Assembly (NCBI RefSeq): GCF_001194135.2
Contig: NC_068988.1
Coordinates: 24,845,949-24,886,234 of the forward strand
Source: Octopus bimaculoides
Lineage: Eukaryota
Direction: 5' to 3'
DNA: 40,286 nucleotides
Part shown: one piece after another, positions 1 to 11,363 of the stretch
Layout of the letters: every line of letters starts with the position of its first letter
Position numbering within the stretch: position 1 is the stretch's first letter
Program-made: the position numbers and the translations under genes
Notes under the pieces: model-generated
What the model was told of the DNA's origin: nothing
The model's database searches: none
The model's input: only the letters and a program-made list of their open reading frames with translations

Positions 1-275
1 GTGGTGGTGGTGGTAGTCGTCGTGGTGATGGAGATCGCTGTAGCGGTGGTGGTGGTGTGTTGGTGGTGGTGGTGGTGTGTTGGTGGCGGTGGTGGTGGTG
101 GTGGTGGTGATGGTGATTGGTGGTATTGTCGTTAGTTGTGGTTTGATGGCCGCTATGGCGTTACTGTTGGTAACGATGTTTACCGATATGGGAAGGGAGG
201 ATGCTGATGATGACAACAACAACGACGATGATGTTGATGATGATGATGATGATAATGATGGTGAGGATGATGAGA
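1..275. repeat. Degenerate (GTG)n / (GAT)n / (CAA)n trinucleotide tract
   Basis: Read directly; explains the poly-V/poly-D ORF 77..292. Confidence 0.95.
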
Positions 276-397
276 TGGGAAATATGACGTGACAGGAAAT
301 ATTAGTGATGGAAGTCATATAACGCTCTGGGATCTATATCATCAGTCAAACAGAGTCTGTTTTTGTTTTCTTTCGCTGGCTCAGACGTGCGCGCGCA

Positions 398-435
<38 letters not shown>

Positions 436-614
436 TGCACGCAAGCATTCACACACGCTTGCATCCTGCACGCGTACTCCGCACACAGTCCTAACCGGAG
501 TCATGAAGGTTGTTCGAAAACAACGAGGAACCAAGGAACAGAGAGTCCAACTTACTCTACACTACCAAACATTATCGTAACGTGTTGCGTCTTCTGGTGA
601 CCCTTGTTCATGGT

Positions 615-865
615 ACTCTCTTTACTACTTACTCTTTCACTTGTTTCAGTCATTTGACTGTGGCCATGCTGGTGCACCGCCTTTAGTCGAACAAATCGAC
701 CCCAGGACTTATTCTTTGTAAGTCTAGCACTTATTCTAGCGGCAAAAGAGAACGATAGAATAAGTACTAGGCTTACAAAGAATAAGTTCTGGGGTCGATT
801 TATTCGACTAAAGGTGGTGCTCCAGCATGACCGCAATCAAATGACTGAAACTAATAAAAGAATAA
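615..865. mobile_element. Foldback of two SINE family A 3' ends (left minus, right plus), 17-nt spacer
   Basis: 640-738 is the reverse complement of 756-853 with about 9 mismatches counted by eye. Both arms match the family A tail at 21177-21330 and 14215-14330. Confidence 0.9.
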
Positions 866-871
866 AAAGAA

Positions 872-1115
872 ATTATTTACATTTGATGGATATCTCTCCT
901 CATCTTTTTTGTTGTCAATACGACGTTTCGGCTGATGTACACTGCAGCCTTCTTCTGGTGCCTTGTGGAAATTTCGAACCTAGGTTCTCATTCCTAAGAT
1001 ATTTTTCGATGTGATTATTATTATTATTGTTGTTGTTGTTCAGGTCATTGCTAGGAATCGAACTTGAAATCTTTGGATTAGTACACCGCGCTCTTAACCA
1101 CTAGGCCATATGCCC
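872..1115 (-). mobile_element. tRNA-headed SINE family D with hammerhead-like PLE-type tail
   Basis: Minus strand: A box TGGCCTAGTGG, B box GTTCGATTCC, (CAA/TAA)n spacer, then tail containing cagaaga-a-ggctg..cagcc-gaaa-cgtc. Head and tail are both homologous to 11232-11439. Confidence 0.8.
917..962 (-). ncRNA. Degenerate minimal type I hammerhead ribozyme motif
   Basis: ggcac CAGAAGA a ggctg cagtgtacat cagcc GAAA cgtc gtatt. The core has U4A relative to CUGANGA, stem II is 5 bp, and stem III is the ACGU palindrome. Probably inactive in this copy. Confidence 0.55.
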
Positions 1116-1172
1116 GTGGGCATAATTAAATAATGTAAAAATAATAATGTAAATAAAAACAAATGCATTTTC

Positions 1173-1228
<56 letters not shown>

Positions 1229-1501
1229 NNNNNNNNNNNNNNNNNNNNNNNNNNNNNNNNNNNNNNNNNNNNNNNNNNNNNNNNNNNNNNNNNNNNNNNN
1301 NNNNNNNNNNNNNNNNNNNNNNNNNNNNNNNNNNNNNNNNNNNNNNNNNNNNNNNNNNNNNNNNNNNNNNNNNNNNNNNNNNNNNNNNNNNNNNNNNNNN
1401 NNNNNNNNNNNNNNNNNNNNNNNNNNNNNNNNNNNNNNNNNNNNNNNNNNNNNNNNNNNNNNNNNNNNNNNNNNNNNNNNNNNNATCTATCTATCTATCT
1501 A

Positions 1502-1537
<36 letters not shown>

Positions 1538-2208
1538 GAGAGAGAGAGAGTGAGGGAGAGAGAGGAGAGAGTGATATAACATACATACGTATTATATACA
1601 TAATGTATATTCATAGATAATGCACTTGCATAATATAAACATACATACATAGCAGAGTGAACTGCACCCGTGCGTATATACAGGGATATGGTGGTGGGCA
1701 TCTGCCATGTCTTACCGTTTGTTTCAAATTCAAAATAGTTTGGGTTGAGTCACCAAAGATTTATTTTCATTTGCGTAGAATTAATAATAATAATAATAAT
1801 GATACACCCCCACCACGAAATCGGAAGACACCGAAAGTATATAGCTGTTGCATGACATCATCGCTATCAGTAGTTGACCAATCGAATATACCAAAGATTA
1901 TATGAATCAACAGCATCGACTGGGACGTATAGGAATAAATGCATGCCTGTCGATCTGTACATCTTTATATCGGCTATCAACAGGAAGAAAGCCATGACAA
2001 GCGGTGATGTTGGTGAGGGAGTTGGCGGACAAAGATACGACAGCAACAAGACCGTACATGTCTAAAAGCTATCCGTGAAGTCTCGATAACGATTGGACTG
2101 GCTTTCATAAATGCAAAAACAACAAAAGAAGAATAAAATTGAAAAAAAAATATAGAGTAGCAAATATAAGCAAATAAACTATGCAAAGATGTGTGTGTGT
2201 GTGTGTGC

Positions 2209-2249
<41 letters not shown>

Positions 2250-2451
2250 NNNNNNNNNNNNNNNNNNNNNNNNNNNNNNNNNNNNNNNNNNNNNNNNNNN
2301 NNNNNNNNNNNNNNNNNNNNNNNNNNNNNNNNNNNNNNNNNNNNNNNNNNNNNNNNNNNNNNNNNNNNNNNNNNNNNNNNNNNNNNNNNNNNNNNNNNNN
2401 NNNNNNNNNNNNNNNNNNNNNNNNNNNNNNNNNNNNNNNNNNNNNNNNNNN

Positions 2452-2493
<42 letters not shown>

Positions 2494-3094
2494 CGTGCGT
2501 GTGTGTGTGTGTGTATATAGATAAATTAATAAATGAAATGAAACGCAGGTGGTATATATATACATATGTGTAAAATATATATTACATATGCGGGTTTATC
2601 TATCTATATTCGTTACTAACCGAGGAAGCTGTATTAGGTCAGCATAACATTCCGTGTATCATTCTCAATATAGATATACTGTTGAAAGTCTTGAAACTGC
2701 CGTCTTCGTCTCGAGAAAGCCTCTCATATACACATAGATTGATAAAGGAATGCATCGTAGCAGACAAAAAGCGCCTTACAACAAAGATAGACAGAATTGC
2801 TAAATTTATTTTACTGCTTTGTTGAACGTCCCTACGAGAGGCCTTCTCCATACGAATATCGTATTCTTTCAAGGCTTTCAAATTGGATTTTTCAAGTTCC
2901 ATTTTGACTGGAAGGTGACAGTATAAAGCGAAACTGAAATTTGAATGAGATAGATATGGCATGCCCCAAGAGAATGGTTTTACACTTAGAAAGTAGCAAT
3001 AAGCCAGAGAATAATAAGTGAGAGAATGAACTGATTCTTAGGATATGGATAACGCCCTTTCCCGAGCGATATAGACTTATAGGACCGGTTTAGT

Positions 3095-3380
3095 GGAGAC
3101 GCATGGCTTAGTGGTTAGGGTCTTGGACTCTTGATCGTAAGCTTCTCGTTTCGATTCCTGGACCGGGCAACGCGGTGTGTTCTTGAGCAAAACACTTTAT
3201 TTCACGATGCTTCAGTGTATACAGTGGCAAAAATGAGTAATCCTGCAACCGACTGGCGTCTTGTCCAGGTGGGGAATATATATGCTATGGATCCAGGAAA
3301 CCGACCCTTATCAGTCTACATGACTCGAGAAGGAACTTTATGAGTCAGCATATGACTCGAGAAGGTAACTTTACCTTTTT
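3095..3380 (+). mobile_element. tRNA-derived SINE B-beta (CORE-like body, tail Y)
   Basis: A box TGGCTTAGTGG, B box TTTCGATTCC, body cttgagcaaaacactttatttcacg..aaaatgagta, tail tccaggtggggaat..gactcgagaagg (duplicated). Candidate 11-bp TSD ttataggaccg at 3077-3087 and 3383-3393. Confidence 0.85.
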
Positions 3381-3415
3381 ATTTATAGGACCGACTTCCT
3401 AGATTCTGTGGCTTA

Positions 3416-3606
3416 TATATTCCGCTCCACCCTGGACGGGATGTCAGTGTATCGCAGAATTACTCATTTTTGCTAGCTGAACTGTGTGGGAAAACTTGAA
3501 ATGAAGTGTTTTGCTTAAGAACACAACATATCGCCCAATCCAGAAATCGAAACCACAATTTTACGATGATGAGTCCAATACTCTTAACATTTATCCACGC
3601 ACCTCC
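3416..3606 (-). mobile_element. SINE B-beta, inverted relative to the 3095 copy
   Basis: Reverse-complement homology to 3095-3290 (head, CORE-like body, start of tail). Confidence 0.8.
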
Positions 3607-3737
3607 ACGACGTATTCTTAAATTTCAGTTAATTTAAACCTATTATATTTGACTAATGCTTGGGAACATTAGATTCCCCAGATTATGACATAACAAATCT
3701 ATTTACATATAAAGTAACCTATACTATACAATCTGAA

Positions 3738-4030
3738 GGCGAGTGACCAAGTGGTTTGGGTGTTGCACTATGGATTTTAAGGTCGTGCTTTCGCTCCCCA
3801 GACTGACGATGCACTGTATTCTTCAGTAAAAACACTTCATTTCATGTTGCACCAGTGCATTCAGCTTTAAATGGGTGACACTGCGGCGGAATCGTGTTCC
3901 GTACAGGAACCATATTTTCATGATCACCTAGCCAGCGGTATGGCATCATTCAAAAGCTACAACAATGCGAGGAAACGTGTTGTGATGAGCGGTGTATAAC
4001 GATATCCGGTAGTTTAGTCAAAACGGTGAC
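3738..4030 (+). mobile_element. Old SINE B-beta with a different tail (Z)
   Basis: Decayed A/B boxes, aaaacacttcatttcatgttgcaccagtgcattcagctttaaatgggt body, then a tail unlike X or Y. Confidence 0.6.
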
Positions 4031-4321
4031 AAAATGACAAACACACTGGATGTTGCCTCAAAATATTGAATGCCAGGGGGAAATATAGGATAATAGTCAT
4101 CAATGCTGTCCCCTGAATTTTCATCAAATGCACAAGAGAGTCTGTTTCATGTCCTGATTGATAATGAAAGTAGCAAATGATTATATCTTTTGAGCTAAGT
4201 AATTTTCATAAGAAATTGGCTTAGACATTGAACAGCTAAACATACGTGATTTTGGCACTTTTGTCAAATGGGGATCAACAGTAACAAACGAAAATCTTCA
4301 CACGCATTATATACTTGCGAA

Positions 4322-4325
4322 ATAG

Positions 4326-4381
<56 letters not shown>

Positions 4382-4471
4382 CTCTATCTATCTATCTATC
4401 TATCTATCATCTCCATCTCTTTCTCAGTATCTCTCTCTTCCTCTCTCCCTTCTCTTTCATTGTATACATAT

Positions 4472-4514
<43 letters not shown>

Positions 4515-4515
4515 G
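4322..4515. repeat. Compound microsatellite (TATC)n-(TC)n-(TG)n
   Basis: Read directly. Confidence 0.95.
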
Positions 4516-4619
4516 CGTGAAATTGTATAACGACATCATTGTTTCAGTTTCTGTTGAGTTGACATACTGCATGGTCTCAACTTTTAGTATCGCTATATGT
4601 AAAAAAATATGCGTTCGTG

Positions 4620-4812
4620 CCGGACTAAATGCTTAGCAGCACTTCGGTTTTTCAACGATTTGAGTTTAAAATATGCCATGACCGGCTTTACTCTTCATTG
4701 CTTCAAAGTTGACAAAATAAGAACCATTTGAACACTGGACACTCTGATCGAGATATTTGATATCCCCTCACCTCGAAATTCCTACCCTTGTACCAAAATT
4801 AGAAAGAATAAT
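4620..4812 (+). mobile_element. Decayed SINE family C
   Basis: aaatgcttagcagcacttcg..gagtttaaaat..cccttgtaccaaaattagaaagaataat aligns by eye to 36670-36855. Confidence 0.6.
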
Positions 4813-5659
4813 GGATGTACGCAATGGTTTCGTCTAATAAATATTTAGTCATTTTCAATTCAACATACTCAGCGGACTTTTAACATATTCAAAATTCAGT
4901 CACGTTTCATTGACGTTATATCAGAATATTTGACAATCTCAAGGTATTGGGCAAACATATTTCATGTACCTATGGGTCCCTATTGTAAAGGAACAAGAAA
5001 ATTTAAATTTAGAATCCTATCACGGAATAATAATGTAAGAAATTAGGAAACCGTTGAACTACTTAACATATTCGACACTACCAAGGGAGACAACAGCATC
5101 TTGGGCTTAATCTTCAATTACAAATCATAAATTCACGACTTCAGTTTACTGTTGATAAGCTGCCAGTCTTCATTAGAAATAGAATGTACAAATAGACGGT
5201 TTGCTTTGATTTGAATCGAGTTTGATTCGTCAGTTTTTAAAGGCATCTTTTGACTTATCTGCACACACCTCTATACGTGTATATACAGGGAGATAAAACA
5301 TTGTAGAAAACACTGTGCTAAAATTTGAAGTGTTAATTTGCTTGTACTGATGTGTGCTCGGATGATTCAGATTAAACAACTTAATAATGGAAAGATATCG
5401 AAAACCTTATCGGAACTTTTAACATAGTTAAATATGTTCCAGTGTTAGGACTTACTCAACATTAAGTATGGAATGCAATTAAAGACATTATCGAAATACT
5501 AAAAAGAATGAAACAATTGATATGAATATCTGTGTCTGTATGTCTCTCTGTATAATATTCCTGGTGTCGCTCTAGGACCGACAGCCACCATGATTTATTT
5601 ACTCTTCTTTTTGTTATCGGGTTTAAATTATTGCTAAGATACATACATTAACAGAAACA

Positions 5660-5751
5660 AGACAGACAGATACATAGACAGACCGATAGACAGACAGACA
5701 GACAAAGAAATAGATAGATAGATAGATAGTTAGATAGATAGGTAGATAAAT

Positions 5752-5843
<92 letters not shown>
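5660..5843. repeat. Compound microsatellite (GACA)n-(GATA)n-(GA)n
   Basis: Read directly. Confidence 0.95.
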
Positions 5844-5845
<2 letters not shown>

Positions 5846-6588
5846 AGAGGTCCATGGATTGAAAGGCGGATAGATAGATATTCCATTCAGCTCATATAAC
5901 TTGTCAAATATTTTGTGTTTACATTCAATAACTGTTTCATATAAATTTAAATTAATCCATATTTTAAATTTATATGTATACATGTATACGTTACATACAG
6001 TTTGTCTAGTCCCTCTCATAATATAGAATGTTTGTAACCAATTCAGTGAGTAAGCTTATGTACATATAATCATTTGAAATATAGTTTAAGATGTAATAAT
6101 GTAAATAAACATTTAATCAATATATATGAATACGTTTTTATCTTTTTAATTCATCTTTAATTTCCTAGCACTATAAAACACATCATATCTGTCAAACATA
6201 TTAAAAGAAGGTAAACAAATAATTCATTCAAAGTACATTTCAATTCTATTTAAAAATACCGTTTTGATTAAATGGTTGGATTTCAAAAGAATGCTTTCAA
6301 ATTCTTTGTTTGTAGTTAGCGTAAAAGTGTGGGGTAAAATGAGTAATTTATGCTTTTTCATTACCATTTCACTACCTGCTCGAAACCATTAATTTGCCAG
6401 TATTGCGTCGTCGTTTTCTTACTGTATTGCAGCATCATTACGAATAAAAATTGGTCAGAATTATTGGTGCTGTTGAGAGAACTTGAACTTAATCGGGTGG
6501 CGGGTACATTTTTTCAAGAAATTTTCCTTCAGCTTTGACCCGATTGTAATTGAGGTTGTTAATTAAGTTTGTCGATAACTGTTCGTGT

Positions 6589-6976
6589 GGGGGAGGCGCA
6601 ATGGCCCAGTGGTTAGGGCAGCAGACTCGCGGTCATAGGATCGCGGTTTCGATTCCCAGACCGGGCGTTGTGAGTGTTTTTTGAGCGAAAACACTTAAAG
6701 CTCCACGAGGCTCCGGCAGGGGTTGGTGGCGAACCCTGCTGTACTCTTTCACCACAACTTTCTCTCACGCTTACTTCCTGTTTCTGTTGTGCATGTAATT
6801 CAAAGGGCTAGCCTTGTCACACTGCGTCACGCTGAATATCCACGAGAACTACGTTAAGGGTACACGTGTCTGTGGAGTGCTCAGCCACTTGCACATTAAT
6901 TTCACGAGCAGGCTGTTCCGTTGATCGGATCAACTGGAACCCTCGATGTAGTAAGCGACGGAGTGCCAACAACAAT
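6589..6976 (+). mobile_element. Full-length tRNA(Arg)-like SINE B-alpha with tail X
   Basis: A box TGGCCCAGTGG, anticodon arm gacTCGcggtc, B box TTTCGATTCCC, (CAA)n 3' end. Probably one of the published octopus OR families; name not verified. Confidence 0.85.
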
Positions 6977-7408
6977 GGTTCGTGTTTANNNNNNNNNNNN
7001 NNNNNNNNNNNNNNNNNNNNNNNNNNNNNNNNNNNNNNNNNNNNNNNNNNNNNNNNNNNNNNNNNNNNNNNNNNNNNNNNNNNNNNNNNNNNNNNNNNNN
7101 NNNNNNNNNNNNNNNNNNNNNNNNNNNNNNNNNNNNNNNNNNNNNNNNNNNNNNNNNNNNNNNNNNNNNNNNNNNNNNNNNNNNNNNNNNNNNNNNNNNN
7201 NNNNNNNNNNNNNNNNNNNNNNNNNNNNNNNNNNNNNNNNNNNNNNNNNNNNNNNNNNNNNNNNNNNNNNNNNNNNNNNNNNNNNNNNNNNNNNNNNNNN
7301 NNNNNNNNNNNNNNNNNNNNNNNNNNNNNNNNNNNNNNNNNNNNNNNNNNNNNNNNNNNNNNNNNNNNNNNNNNNNNNNNNNNNNNNNNNNNNNNNNNNN
7401 NNNNNNNN

Positions 7409-7750
7409 CCTCAAAAGGATGTAAGGCAAAGTTGACTTCGGCCGAATTTGAACTCAGAACGTAAAGACGGACGAAATACCGGAAAGGATATCGCCCGGCG
7501 TGCTAACGTTTCTGCCAGCTCGCTGCCTGTATTTCACAATAATTCGTTTCTACTCTAGACACAAGGCCCGAAATTTTGAGGTAGGGGACCAGTCGATTAG
7601 CGCAACCCTAGAACGCAACTAGTAATTAATTTATCGACCCCAAAAGGATGAAACGCAAAGTAGACCTCGGCAGAATTTGAACTCAGAACGCAAAGACAGA
7701 CGAAATACTGCAAAGCATTTCGCACGACGTGCTAACGATTTTGCCAGCTA
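7409..7750 (-). mobile_element. Two head-to-tail SINE family C copies (7409-7529, 7543-7750)
   Basis: Both contain gaatttgaactcagaacg (B box GAGTTCAAATTC on minus) and gctaacg..gccagct head. Confidence 0.9.
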
Positions 7751-8267
7751 ATATTAAAAAAAAATAGAATTCAGCAGTGACATATACGACACTCAAAGCT
7801 GGGTGTTAAATTCATTTGATCTTGGAAGAAGATCAAACCCACCCTTTCCATAAAAGCTAGAAAATTATAAAACAGAGAAGAGAATACGCAAATATACAAA
7901 TAAACTAATAATCAATAAAGTAAAATAAAAACATGTTTGTAATAAGCAAATTTTCGACTAATTGACACTGTAGTAAGTCGCGACAAATTACGTAGCAGTT
8001 AAACACTTTGTAATATAGTTTGAAATGTCTGAACACTCATTTGTAAACCATTTAAATTAACAATAACTTTGAACTGAAAAAAGTTAAAGTCAGAAATGTA
8101 AATTAAATTTTTAAATGTTTTTAGTTGTCCGAGTGAAAAACAAAATTATCGTTTTTTTCCATTTATGACGTTAATTGTTCTGGAGATGTATCTATAACTA
8201 ACACAATTTGTGTTCATGGAGATTACTGCCGTATTCATGGTTAGGAAGGCAAGTTTTCCTAATATAT

Positions 8268-8685
8268 CTTTCACTTGTTTCAGTCATAAGATTGGGGCCA
8301 TACTGAGGCACCGCCTTGATGAAGTTTTAGTCGAATGAATCGACCCCACTACTTTATTCATATATTTAAAAAAATAGCCTGGTACTTATTATACCGAAAA
8401 TCCCTTGCCGAACCGCTAGATTACGGGGGCGTAAATATGCCAACATTGGTTGTCGAACGGTGGTGCGGAACAAACTCACAAACACTCAATCACACATACA
8501 TACATACGTATATACATACACACAAACAGACACACATACGACGGGCTTCTCCGAGTTTCTGTCACAAGGCTTTGGTCGGCCCCAGACTATAATAAAAGAC
8601 ACTTGTCCAAGGTACTACGTAGCAGAACTGAACTCGGTTCCATGTGTTTGGGAATCAAGTTCTTACCATACATCCACGCTAACAT
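8268..8685 (-). mobile_element. Full-length older SINE family A
   Basis: Tail cttgtttcagtca.., internal CA/TA microsatellite, body acgacgggcttct..acaaggctttggtcggccc, tRNA-like head at about 8620-8685. Confidence 0.85.
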
Positions 8686-8799
8686 GTTTCTTAATACTTT
8701 CGAAGTTTTCTTCTTCACGTGCTTGTTCTGGAGTATTTGAAATTAGCTATCTCAGCAAAGAAAATATTCATTTTCTCGTGGTCTAGAATTCATAGGGAC

Positions 8800-9015
8800 T
8801 TGTACCTGGTTTCCATGCCGTATAAATGAACAAAATCACAACATTACGTAAGAACTGGATGCTAGGCCCTCGTAGGCTTACCCATCTACTGTCGAGTGGA
8901 GTAGAGCAACGTAAAATGAAGTGTTTTACTCACGACTACAATGCACCGTCCAATCCCGTAATCGAAACCCCGGCCTTGCTATCATATGAGCAATACCCTA
9001 ACCACTAGGGCACAT
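8800..9015 (-). mobile_element. Old SINE B-beta
   Basis: gagtggagtagagcaacgtaaaatgaagtgttttactca (CORE-like, reverse complement) plus aatcgaaacc (B box) and accctaaccactag (A box). Confidence 0.7.
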
Positions 9016-9196
9016 ATATTCTGCTTCTCCTTAAATTCAATGACCAAGTGACAGCCTATTATTTTACTCAAGATCATAATACACCGTCCAGTCCCATAAT
9101 CGAATCGAAACCCCGACCTTTATATCATAACAGCAATACCCTAGCCACTATACCACATATATTCTACTTCTCCTTAAATTCAATGACCAACTGACA
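8924..9196. repeat. Diverged tandem duplication, period about 138 bp (8924-9053 / 9062-9196)
   Basis: Both units share caccgtcca.tccc.taatcgaa and cacatatattct.cttctccttaaattcaatgaccaa.tgaca. Confidence 0.9.
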
Positions 9197-9320
9197 TCTC
9201 GTTGTTTTTCTCTTGATATCTACGACTGTTTTAAATTAGTCTAATAAATGTTAACTGTTTCACACAAAACACATCACATCGAACCCACAAATTTTGAAAA
9301 AAACAAAATGATTGTTAGAT

Positions 9321-9939
9321 TCCTTTCTATTATAGGCAGAATATCATGAATTTTGGAAAATGGGGCTAGTCGATTACATCATCCCCAGTGGTACTTATTT
9401 CATCGAACCCTCGAAAGGATGAAAGACAAAATGAACCTCGGCGGAATTGGATCTCAGAACATAACAGCGGACGGAAGGCCGCTAAGCGCTTTGTCCAGCG
9501 TGCTAACGATTTTCCCAGCTTGTCACCATCATAATTGCGACACACTGTTTTCACATTTTTGTGCAAGGCGAGCAATTTAAGGGGATGTAACGCGTCAGTG
9601 TGCTCAGATAATACTTATTTTGCTTACCCCGAAATGATGAAATGCAAAATCAGCCTCTTCGGAAGCCTCTAAGCATCTTGTTTGTATGTTAACGATTCTG
9701 TCCTATCCACCTCTTAACAACAACAAAAACAGCAACAACAACAGCAACAACAACAATAATCCTTTCTACTATACGCAAAAGCTCTGAAAATTGGGGGAGG
9801 TGGATAGTCGATTACATCGATACATTGTTTCACTGGTACTTAATTTATCGACCCTGAAACGATGAAAGGCAAAAATCAGCCTCTGCGGAACCCTCTAATC
9901 ATTTTGCTTGTATGTTAATGATTCTGTCCATTCCCCGCC

Positions 9940-10000
<61 letters not shown>

Positions 10001-10255
10001 CAACAACAACAACAATGATGATGATGATGATGATAATAATAATAATAATAATATTCCTTTCTATTCTAGGCACAAGGCCTGAAATTTGGGGGAGGGGAAT
10101 AGTTGATTTCATCGATCGCAGTGTTTCATTGGTACTCAATTTATCGACCCCGAAATGATGAAAGGCAAAATGGACCTCGGCGGAATTCGAAGGCAGAACG
10201 TATCGATATGACGCTAATAATTTGGCTTGACGTGATGTCGATTCTGTCAGTTTCA
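9321..10255 (-). mobile_element. Array of four same-orientation family C SINEs separated by (CAA/TAA/TGA)n (9321-9521, 9553-9716, 9758-9941, 10053-10255)
   Basis: Each unit has the cc.gaaa.gatgaaa.gcaaa motif and taa.gatt head end; three retain the cctttcta.t tail. Confidence 0.85.
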
Positions 10256-10742
10256 TATTATAATACTGATAATGATAAACAGATAGAAATTAAATACGAA
10301 ACCAAGTGTAATGAAAGAAAAGAATAACACCTGCTCAGAAAACAGAGGAAGAGTGTGGGTGAGTAAAATGAGGTAGTGTAGCCGGCGACGAAATAAAGCT
10401 GCTCTTCAGAAGGTAATTTAAACGTTAATCCTCCGTTTTCTTTATATATCACAAGCACCTCATTAGCATCACTGATTGATCAATTAGAATAACAAAGACC
10501 ACGATTGTCAGTCTGAGGATAGACATCGTCATTGTAATAACAGCTGAGCAGAGTGAATGACCTATTCTACTGTTAGCATACATCATATAAGTGTTGTATT
10601 AACTGTCATTTCTTCTCTAAGTTTCTATTTCCTACCCTTCATACTTTTTCTATTGCTCCTCAATCTTGACTCAAATGCAACAGGAACCCGTGCTCACACA
10701 CTGCAATACGGATATATTTCACACGTTTTTGAACACTTGGTC

Positions 10743-10785
<43 letters not shown>

Positions 10786-11231
10786 NNNNNNNNNNNNNNN
10801 NNNNNNNNNNNNNNNNNNNNNNNNNNNNNNNNNNNNNNNNNNNNNNNNNNNNNNNNNNNNNNNNNNNNNNNNNNNNNNNNNNNNNNNNNNNNNNNNNNNN
10901 NNNNNNNNNNNNNNNNNNNNNNNNNNNNNNNNNNNNNNNNNNNNNNNNNNNNNNNNNNNNNNNNNNNNNNNNNNNNNNNNNNNNNNNNNNNNNNNNNNNN
11001 NNNNNNNNNNNNNNNNNNNNNNNNNNNNNNNNNNNNNNNNNNNNNNNNNNNNNNNNNNNNNNNNNNNNNNNNNNNNNNNNNNNNNNNNNNNNNNNNNNNN
11101 NNNNNNNNNNNNNNNNNNNNNNNNNNNNNNNNNNNNNNNNNNNNNNNNNNNNNNNNNNNNNNNNNNNNNNNNNNNNNNNNNNNNNNNNNNNNNNNNNNNA
11201 TATATATATATATATAAATATATATATATAT

Positions 11232-11363
11232 TACAGTTCTATATTTAAGAGACGAGGAATTATGTACATTTTTTACGTTATTTACATTTGACGGATATTT
11301 GTCCTCATCTTCTTTGTTGTTAACATAACGTTTCGGCTGATATACCCTCCAGCTTTCTTCAGG
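11232..11363 (-). mobile_element. Family D tail with intact hammerhead core
   Basis: Minus strand: CTGAAGA aagctg gagggtatat cagcc GAAA cgtt atgtt (11322-11362), then aacaacaaagaagatgaggacaaatatccgtcaaatgtaaataa as in 872-915. Confidence 0.8.

Noticed and set aside
77-600. ORFs 77..292, 289..600 and 346..534
   Set aside because: Translations of GTG/GAT/CA repeats with no domain signal.
1041-1115. Functional tRNA genes at SINE heads (also 6589-6665, 11364-11439, 27090-27165)
   Set aside because: A and B boxes are present, but no complete acceptor stem pairing is evident and each runs into a repeat body.
1126-1155. aataatgtaaa repeats resembling an inverted family D terminus
   Set aside because: Too short and AT-rich; similar words occur elsewhere (for example near 6095).
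9321-10255. CRISPR-like repeat/spacer array
   Set aside because: The units are diverged SINEs of about 200 bp with microsatellite spacers in a eukaryotic context, and there are no cas genes.
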